From: Promethearchaeota archaeon
GTDB lineage: Archaea > Asgardarchaeota > Lokiarchaeia > Sigyniarchaeales > Promethearchaeaceae
Length of the DNA stretch: 32,000 bases
Direction: 5' to 3'
NCBI GenBank assembly: GCA_016933055.1
Contig: JAFGBS010000009.1
Span: forward strand, 60,001-92,000
Each line of letters begins with the position of its first letter. The stretch's first letter is position 1. The notes under the pieces are model-generated. The model made no database searches and was not told where the DNA came from. It was given only the letters and a program-made list of their open reading frames with translations. Below are positions 1 to 6,990 of the stretch, piece after piece. A program made the position numbers and the translations under genes.

Positions 1-327
1 CCTTAATGATGTTTTTTCGAGATAATAAACACTCAATTGCGAAATGGAAGCCATAAAAAGACACATTATAATTCCACCACCTTTTGTTACAGCACGTGCT
101 GCATTCGTAGCAGACGATTCGAAATGCACAATTGCATATCCAAATTTCAATGGCCAAAGCCATGCAACTTTGAATTCCACCGGATTCCCTCCCACTAAGT
201 AACCGAATCCAATATGACCGAGGAATTCATGAGTCCATTCAGACAGAAATTTGGTTAGGAATGAGATCATCGTGATACTAAAAAAAAAAATTAAGATCGT
301 AACTGATTGATTTCTTTTTCGCATCAT
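1..327 (-). CDS. Partial (runs off left edge) membrane zinc metalloprotease, M50-like, HExxGH motif
   Basis: Not in ORF track because no stop lies in the window. My translation from ATG 327: MMRKRNQSVTILIFFFSITMISFLTKFLSEWTHEFLGHIGFGYLVGGNPVEF... Basic N-terminus, hydrophobic helix, HEFLGH zinc motif; frame open to base 1. Confidence 0.65.
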   Translation of the reverse strand, partial: MMRKRNQSVTILIFFFSITMISFLTKFLSEWTHEFLGHIGFGYLVGGNPVEFKVAWLWPLKFGYAIVHFESSATNAARAVTKGGGIIMCLFMASISQLSVYYLEKTSLR

Positions 328-540
328 CTCGCAGAAAGAAAAGAGGGTGCGGTTTTAAACCCATGTTTTAGAACAGTTTTTTGATTAAAAACCAATCTTA
401 CAAAAACTTTTGCTATTATTCTTATGTATTAAATTTTCCAAGCGTGCTATCCCTTTAGAATTTTAACTACGCTACAAGCCTATTACATTAATCTGGTCGA
501 TCAATTACGTGGGTTGTTGCGTTGGCGTGCATCAAACCCA

Positions 541-571
541 TGTGTTCAATAGAACACATTCAATAGAACAC
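541..571. repeat. Palindrome TGTGTTC-AATA-GAACACA overlapping a 13-bp tandem duplication (TTCAATAGAACAC x2)
   Basis: Read directly: copies at 545-557 and 559-571; palindrome arms 541-547 and 552-558. Confidence 0.6.
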
Positions 572-779
572 GTAAAATTTGGGATAAATGCCATTCTTGA
601 CGATTAGCTAAAGTTTTAAAATGGTTTCACTTGAAAGCGTTTCACTACTATTTACCTTCACTCTATACAGAACGGAATAGATGTTGAGTAGACAAAATTT
701 TCTCCAGTTTAATATTTTGAATAAAAAATAGATATAGAGATTTTAACTACTTGATGATTATACTACATGATGAAAAAAC

Positions 780-1418
780 ATGAGATTTGAGAACCGTAGG
801 GAAGCGGGAAAGCGACTGGCAGAAAAATTAGACAAATATAGGGGGAAAAAAGATACTATAGTACTAGGATTACCAAAAGGGGGTGTTCCCGTTGCATACG
901 AGATTGCGCAAAGGTTGAGTTTACCTATGGATATCGTGTTAATCAAAAAGATTTCCCATCCCCAAAGTCCAGAATTTGCTATTGGAGCTGTTGGAGAAAC
1001 AAACAAAGTTCATTTAAATGAATATGCTGAACAGTATAATATTTCATCTCAATATATCAAAGCGCAGATTGAATTAAAAAAAGAAGTTATAAAAAAACTA
1101 AAACAACTATTTCGAAATGGAAGAGATCTGCCCTGTTTAACGGGAAAAACCATAATATTAACGGATGATGGTGTTGCAACGGGGGCAACTGTTCAAACAG
1201 CGATCAATATTCTCAAAGAGGAACACTTAAGGAAATTCGTCTTGGCATTACCGGTATCTCCTCCAGATACAGCGCGAAAATTAAGAAAACAAGTAGATGA
1301 ACTTATTTGTCTATATACACCTCATAATTTTTCAGCAGTTGGACAATTTTACAAACAGTTTACCCAAGAAACGAACGAAAATGTGAAAGATATGTTGACT
1401 AAAGCTTCGAACAGGTAA
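780..1418 (+). CDS. Type I phosphoribosyltransferase family protein (COG1926-like)
   Basis: N-terminal FENRREAGKRLA, GLPKGGVPVA, PRPP-binding loop IILTDDGVATGAT, C-terminal AVGQFYKQF. Confidence 0.9.
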   Translation: MRFENRREAGKRLAEKLDKYRGKKDTIVLGLPKGGVPVAYEIAQRLSLPMDIVLIKKISHPQSPEFAIGAVGETNKVHLNEYAEQYNISSQYIKAQIELKKEVIKKLKQLFRNGRDLPCLTGKTIILTDDGVATGATVQTAINILKEEHLRKFVLALPVSPPDTARKLRKQVDELICLYTPHNFSAVGQFYKQFTQETNENVKDMLTKASNR

Positions 1419-1520
1419 TCTCCGTCTATTGAAAAATAAATGAATAGAATATGATGCTAGAAAAGCATTTAAATTGAAGAATTAAACAGATGGAAAAAAA
1501 ATGTGTTGGTTTTACTTGAA

Positions 1521-1823
1521 TTACATTAAGAAAAATCGTTTGTTGCTACTCATAGAGTCAACTAAGGGTTTTTTATGAATTTTTATTATGGATTTTTGTC
1601 TCATCTTTCTATCCTCACGTAATTGTTTTCGTGAAATTTTTGATCCTAATTCATATTTTTCATTGGATCCTAGTAATTCTTGTTCCTGCACTTTCGGTGA
1701 TTCGAATTTAGATTTGTCTACCGGTTTTTCTTCGAAATCTATTTCAATTTCTATTAAGCTCATTTTTTGGTTCTGTTTTTGAAATTTATTTGATTTTTTT
1801 AATTCCTGACTTTGCATTGACAT
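1521..1823 (-). CDS. Hypothetical small K/E/Q/S-rich protein
   Basis: 100-codon ORF filling an otherwise empty gap; no recognisable motif. Confidence 0.35.
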   Translation of the reverse strand: MSMQSQELKKSNKFQKQNQKMSLIEIEIDFEEKPVDKSKFESPKVQEQELLGSNEKYELGSKISRKQLREDRKMRQKSIIKIHKKPLVDSMSSNKRFFLM

Positions 1824-1904
1824 ATTTTTATCACCATCAAGGAGTGAAACGTATAAATCAATATACTATTGCGAAGCATGTTTGGTGTAAAACACCTGAG
1901 ATCC

Positions 1905-1984
1905 ATAACGTTTCACTTAAGATATATTATGAAACGACACATATAAATATTACGTTTCGAAAAACTATAGCGATGAAACGTTAT
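1905..1984. promoter_or_regulatory. Array of alternating CGTTTC/GAAACG half-sites with exact 22-bp period, bounded by 11-bp inverted repeats
   Basis: CGTTTC 1909, GAAACG 1931, CGTTTC 1953, GAAACG 1975. ATAACGTTTCA (1905-1915) is the reverse complement of TGAAACGTTAT (1974-1984). Confidence 0.6.
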
Positions 1985-2197
1985 ATATTATAAGACATCC
2001 AAAGAATGCTAAAGGTCATTAAAATATAGGGAATCCCACAATCGTCCCGCAGATTATACTGTTAATTACTTTCTTTCCTAATAACTATAAAACGTCTAAA
2101 ATTACTAATAATATTAAACGTAACTTATATAAGGGATAATGAAACAAGTACATCATAGGAACAAAATCCCACATAATAAAAACAATCTGGGGATAAT

Positions 2198-3004
2198 ATG
2201 ACAGAAGATAATATAAGAGAATCTCCTCAGGAGAAACTTTCTAAAAATGAAGATGAGGATCAAATAACTGAAAGTTGGGGAATGCTTGTAACAAAGAGCA
2301 CCGTTCGATTGAAGATATGGCAAATTTTACAGTTATTTGGAGAACTAAATGTCACACAAATTTCAAACCTACTGAAAGAAAGTAAATCCACTGCTTCAAG
2401 GCATTTGAATGGGATGGAAGAAGATGGTCTAGTGAAAAGTAGAGAAGATAGTGCTTGTTGTCCTGGAAGAATTGCTCCAAAAATATACACGATAAATAAT
2501 GATATCTATAAAGTTAAAAGTGGGATTGAAATGGAGCAAGGGTATCCAAAAGACTTTAACAAGAGAATTGAATACATCCAATCCGAGATTCAAACAAATA
2601 GGGCAAGTATTGAAATGATCACTGGTATTATGCGATTACTTGAGCCGATTTATAATGAAGTAGAAGCTCTCATTAAGGAAGGTAGTCCCGAAAGTCTAGT
2701 AAAAGCGGATGAACTATTCAAAGAATATATGTGGGGTCCAAATGGTGAGAATATTACGTGGTTTCAATTTCGTTACCAAACCCCGAAGATGTACTTCCTT
2801 GAAAGAAAGATTCATGAAGCTTCTTATAAAATATTATCTGATGATTTCGATTCTGAATCCTTTGAAGGGGAACGATTAAAACTCAAAGCAGAATTGGAAG
2901 AGGCAAAGAAAGAACAACAAGATGCCGCAATTCCAAAGAAATATGGTCGATTCAGTATCTTTATGCCTTTAAAGAAAATTTTTGAGAAAAACCAAGGAAA
3001 ATAG
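2198..3004 (+). CDS. ArsR-like winged-helix transcriptional regulator with long helical C-terminal domain
   Basis: RLKIWQILQLFGELNVTQISNLLKESKSTASRHLNGMEEDGLV is a typical ArsR/wHTH pattern; TATA-like TTATATAA near 2125. Confidence 0.8.
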   Translation: MTEDNIRESPQEKLSKNEDEDQITESWGMLVTKSTVRLKIWQILQLFGELNVTQISNLLKESKSTASRHLNGMEEDGLVKSREDSACCPGRIAPKIYTINNDIYKVKSGIEMEQGYPKDFNKRIEYIQSEIQTNRASIEMITGIMRLLEPIYNEVEALIKEGSPESLVKADELFKEYMWGPNGENITWFQFRYQTPKMYFLERKIHEASYKILSDDFDSESFEGERLKLKAELEEAKKEQQDAAIPKKYGRFSIFMPLKKIFEKNQGK

Positions 3005-3008
3005 AGAT

Positions 3009-5390
3009 CTACCTTTTTTTTTCGTTTTGGATTTTACTAAAAGGATCATCTAATTCAAATACTAACTCCCAAATCGCTCGAATTCGCATATTTTGTTGGG
3101 AACGAAATTTACTATAGGGTTCAGGCCACCATATCGCAGGGGTGTTGAACCAGAACGCCATTTCCTCATCTAAAAACGTTGTATTATATATACAATGTGC
3201 AATTTCTAGCGCATTTTCCATTATATCTGGGCGTTTTGCCTTTTTTCCGGTTCGATACATTGTCGCTACAGTAAAATATACACCTCCGGGCCAAATTCCT
3301 CGAGCCATATTAATAGGGATCGTGTCTCCATTCGGTCTAACAATATTTACAGTTCCGAATTTTCCATCTGCTTGCATTTTCCAATTGTATTTACAAACTC
3401 GTTCATAATGACTCACACGGTGATTTAATGGAAATACATCAGGAAGATGACAAACATCCACGTACCGTTGTCCATTTAATGCGTCTGTCATCAAAGCATC
3501 TGAAAATTGTCGTTTCTCTGCTGCACGATAATACCCTCCCCCTTCACCCGTTTCTACCCATAATAGTTCTTGCACCCGTGAACGGGCTTTTTGATTTAAT
3601 TCTTTAAAGAATTTTTTCTCCTTATTTTTTCCTAAAACATGTGACATAGCAATTACGGCTTCTAATGCTCCAATATATAAGCCGGAAATATACGTGCTGG
3701 TTCCTCGAAATCCCAGTGAATCATAACTTGTATCAATTCCCCTATGTTCCGGAAGTCCATCCCCCGAGCGATCGCAAGATGCAAGTTGCAATAACGTCTT
3801 TTTCGCTGCGGGATACACTTCTTCGAGAAATTTTACGTCTTGAGTATAATGATAATAAGCATATACTTGTTGGACAAACATGGAGGGTAGGTCTTTCCAA
3901 TTTACAGCAGGGGGATTCAAATCATGACTAGAAGTCATATAATATTGTCCATAAATAAAGAAAGGGTCATTAATGGGAGAACCCGCATCGTGAGTAGTTC
4001 TATTTTTGGAATCGTCCATTATAAAATCCTTCCAGAGCAATAATGTGTCTCGTTCAATGTTGGGAAACATAATCTTTTTGTGAATCGCTTCATAATGACG
4101 AATATCTAAGGTTTCACAATCCCGATACACCACAGATTCCAAGTTAAAGAATAGATGTTGATTTGGACGATTTCCGAACCTTTTTGGCTTGGAAATGCAC
4201 CCGCTTTCCCAAAATGAACAAAAAGTGTCGAAATATAACTCATTTAATGCGCCTTGTTTCAACCAATCGGGATATTTAGGATTATCGACAATTAAATTCA
4301 TCCATTTATCCACTTGGGTTTCCCATTCATCTATCGATTGTAATCCATCCAATAGAATGTCGATTCCTCGAAAAAATCCAGGATACCATTCTTTGTAGCG
4401 TTTCCACCATTGGGTTCCATCTATTGGATTTTTAAATTGAACAATGGGAAAATCCCACACCAAAGCAAAGGGGACTACTATTTCTTCCTTTGGGTTGAGA
4501 TCTATTGTGACCGCAAGAGCACCTGCTTCTCCTTCTTTTTCACTCAATTCGGTATTGGGTAATAAACCTCTAGCAGAGAACGTCTCAAATAATTTATCTG
4601 CATCTTGGAGAGCCCAATCGGTGTATGTTACGGTTGCTTTTTTAGGAGATTTTACTCCGATCACCCATTCTGTCTGTTGAGTAACTGGAACATTATCAGG
4701 ATGTTTGGATTGTAATCGTAATGCAGATATATCTTGTTTAGTCACGAACTGAGTAGATAATCCTTTCCTTGTGTAGGTATAATCTTTAGTATCTTCCCGA
4801 TAGATAGCATTTGGAAAAGTGAACATAAGGGAAAATTTACACGGTTCAGACAAGCGATTTTTTAGTTTAAACTGGAAGAATCCTATTGGTAAAGAGGAGA
4901 GTTTATCGTTACGTGGTATAAACGGAGAAAACAATTTTAGGGAAAATGGATTCAAACCTATGTCATAATTAACCCAAGCTTTCGGAAATAAAGCGTAATA
5001 GGTTCCTTGCCCTACTTCCAGTTTAGGCCATGATTCAAATATGTCTTCCGTTGCAAGAGTTTTCACAAATTTTTCTACATTTGATTCTTGATAAATATGA
5101 AATGCTCCCGCCCTCAAAAAACGCTCTTCATGACCTGCACTTGCTTCACTGCCCCATTGTGCATCGGAACTATCATCTCCCCATCCGAATTCCCATGGTC
5201 CGAAGGATCCGGCTAGATTATACATAAAAGATCCCGTGCCGATACCACCAATGGGAATACCTCTTTTGGTGCGAATAGAAATTTCTTTATCGACTTCTAA
5301 AGGGGGATGAGTACCGGTAGCACCTTTTGGATAATCCCCCAATTTTCTTTTCCATGCAGCCTTGGGAATGTCCCACAAATAATAAGACAT
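3009..5390 (-). CDS. GH116 family beta-glycosidase (non-lysosomal glucosylceramidase/GBA2-like)
   Basis: N-domain motif GIPIGGIGTGSF, FSPFIP, WDFP; nucleophile region ESVVYRDCETLDIRHY; WKDLP; acid/base region DTSYD. No signal peptide. Confidence 0.9.
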   Translation of the reverse strand: MSYYLWDIPKAAWKRKLGDYPKGATGTHPPLEVDKEISIRTKRGIPIGGIGTGSFMYNLAGSFGPWEFGWGDDSSDAQWGSEASAGHEERFLRAGAFHIYQESNVEKFVKTLATEDIFESWPKLEVGQGTYYALFPKAWVNYDIGLNPFSLKLFSPFIPRNDKLSSLPIGFFQFKLKNRLSEPCKFSLMFTFPNAIYREDTKDYTYTRKGLSTQFVTKQDISALRLQSKHPDNVPVTQQTEWVIGVKSPKKATVTYTDWALQDADKLFETFSARGLLPNTELSEKEGEAGALAVTIDLNPKEEIVVPFALVWDFPIVQFKNPIDGTQWWKRYKEWYPGFFRGIDILLDGLQSIDEWETQVDKWMNLIVDNPKYPDWLKQGALNELYFDTFCSFWESGCISKPKRFGNRPNQHLFFNLESVVYRDCETLDIRHYEAIHKKIMFPNIERDTLLLWKDFIMDDSKNRTTHDAGSPINDPFFIYGQYYMTSSHDLNPPAVNWKDLPSMFVQQVYAYYHYTQDVKFLEEVYPAAKKTLLQLASCDRSGDGLPEHRGIDTSYDSLGFRGTSTYISGLYIGALEAVIAMSHVLGKNKEKKFFKELNQKARSRVQELLWVETGEGGGYYRAAEKRQFSDALMTDALNGQRYVDVCHLPDVFPLNHRVSHYERVCKYNWKMQADGKFGTVNIVRPNGDTIPINMARGIWPGGVYFTVATMYRTGKKAKRPDIMENALEIAHCIYNTTFLDEEMAFWFNTPAIWWPEPYSKFRSQQNMRIRAIWELVFELDDPFSKIQNEKKR
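3012..3022 (+). terminator. Archaeal T-tract terminator candidate for the wHTH gene, inside the 3' end of the convergent GH116 gene
   Basis: CC followed by T9 (3014-3022), starting 8 nt after the stop at 3004. Confidence 0.45.
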
Positions 5391-5528
5391 ACTATCTAAG
5401 TCTGATCTGAACTAATAAAAATCCCCTTTTCGCCACATTTATAAAAATCCTCAAAGATTCATTTTTCTCGATTTGAAGAGTTTAAAAAATAAAATATAAT
5501 TAAATGAGAGCGATGCAAAATAAAGATC

Positions 5529-6206
5529 ATGCCCGTAGATTTCCCACCTATAAAATATTACGAATTCTTATCGGAAACTACTCCATTTCTCAAAATCATG
5601 GAATCATCATTGAATTTGCAGATCATATTTAATCTCGCTGTATTCAATAACTTAACTTTAGATGAATTAAGTGAAAAGATGCAAAATCCCAATAAGGACA
5701 TACTACTTGAAAACTTGGAAAAGATGATCTCCATGGAACTCGTGGAACAATTTGAATTAGATGAAAAAGTTCATTATAAAATTCTAAATTTTCGATATCA
5801 AACTCAAGATTATAAAAACTATGTTCATTTTACACCAGAAGAAATACAGCATCATTTACACGAGGAATTTCTGTATTCCTATCGTATGACATCCTTACTT
5901 AAGAGTATCTTCAGTAAATTAGTCCATTATATATGTGATTTTTACATAAATCACATTCAAAATGAGAAGCTAAACGGTGCTATCGTAAAAGAAGAAATGC
6001 AGCATAATACATCGGTCCCTCGGATTGGCTTTGTAACTAAAGAGGAATATGATATCTACCGAAATAGATTTCTAGAGTTCGAAAATAAAATGATTGAGGA
6101 ATTGATGGAAAGAAGACAATCACTTGGTATTCAAACCGATCCCAATATTGAGTTTATGATTGCTAATTTGTTCATTCCCATAAAAAAAGTATTGGAACAC
6201 ACGTAA
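5529..6206 (+). CDS. wHTH (ArsR-like) regulator, probable paralog of 2198-3004
   Basis: LNLQIIFNLAVFNNLTLDELSEKM...LLENLEKMISMELVE wHTH-like N-terminus; C-terminus LFIPIKKVLE parallels IFMPLKKIFE of the 2198 protein. Confidence 0.65.
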   Translation: MPVDFPPIKYYEFLSETTPFLKIMESSLNLQIIFNLAVFNNLTLDELSEKMQNPNKDILLENLEKMISMELVEQFELDEKVHYKILNFRYQTQDYKNYVHFTPEEIQHHLHEEFLYSYRMTSLLKSIFSKLVHYICDFYINHIQNEKLNGAIVKEEMQHNTSVPRIGFVTKEEYDIYRNRFLEFENKMIEELMERRQSLGIQTDPNIEFMIANLFIPIKKVLEHT

Positions 6207-6219
6207 TTTGATGAATAAA

Positions 6220-6948
6220 TTATTTGATTGTTTCTCTGGGAAGGGATAGTCCGTATTCTCCAAACTTTTCAGGAGTATAAGGTGCTCTACGACCAGGACA
6301 TCGATTTCTTGAGCATAATTGGCAACTTACAAAAGCTCTTTTTGAATGGAAAGCAATCCCTGAAATAGATTTTCGAGGATTCATTACCATATTGGAACTT
6401 AATTGAACCCCTAATTTTTCGGTAGCTTCTGATCCAAATAAATTAAATAACGGAACTTGTTGTGCCATTCCCCAATCTTCTAAGGATCCCGGGCTCATGC
6501 TTGATATTTGCTTCACCGAGAACCTTTCTTGAATTTGTCTCTCAAGATACCACGTCGCATTTTGAAGGATGAAATCTCCTATTGTTTCCAAAAAGTATTT
6601 TTTTAACAAGCTTTTTTGTTGGCTTGCAATAGTTTCAAGTTTTGGTCCTATTGTGACTAGAAAAGGGAATACTTGTTCACTGGAATTTAAATTTACTTGT
6701 AAAATTCTACTAGTAAAGTCTTGGTTTCCAATTTTCACCACGTTTTCATCAATATAAGAAATAGTAGCAATTCCTACTAACCCCCTGGGATGAATTGAAT
6801 CACGGACTTGCTCTACAGCCCAATGAAAATCCTTTGAAAATGCCTTGGATTTCCGAACCTGCATCCGATCCAGCAGTATTTGTTCCTCGAGAATCACCGG
6901 GATTTTCTCGAACAGTATGATGTTATCCATGAGTACTTCAAAATCCAC
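6220..6948 (-). CDS. Stand-alone vitamin B12-dependent methionine synthase activation-domain-like protein
   Basis: FLVTIGPKLE, SPGSLEDW, QQVPLFNL, MVMNPRKSISGI, C-terminal CQLCSRNRCPGRRAPY typical of short MetH-activation-like proteins. Confidence 0.8.
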   Translation of the reverse strand: MDFEVLMDNIILFEKIPVILEEQILLDRMQVRKSKAFSKDFHWAVEQVRDSIHPRGLVGIATISYIDENVVKIGNQDFTSRILQVNLNSSEQVFPFLVTIGPKLETIASQQKSLLKKYFLETIGDFILQNATWYLERQIQERFSVKQISSMSPGSLEDWGMAQQVPLFNLFGSEATEKLGVQLSSNMVMNPRKSISGIAFHSKRAFVSCQLCSRNRCPGRRAPYTPEKFGEYGLSLPRETIK

Positions 6949-6990
6949 AGATTAAAGAATAAATAAAAAAATGAAATAAAATAGTCAGCT

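Noticed and set aside
357-543. 10-bp direct repeat AAACCCATGT at 357 and 534
   Set aside because: Only two copies, no mobile-element context; chance is plausible.
1905-1984. Mini-CRISPR array (GTTTC...GAAAC ends resemble CRISPR repeats)
   Set aside because: The interiors of the two would-be repeats differ, the spacer would be only ~18 bp, and no cas genes are in the window.
1979-1996. ModE-like half-site CGTTATATA
   Set aside because: Matching second half-site is missing.
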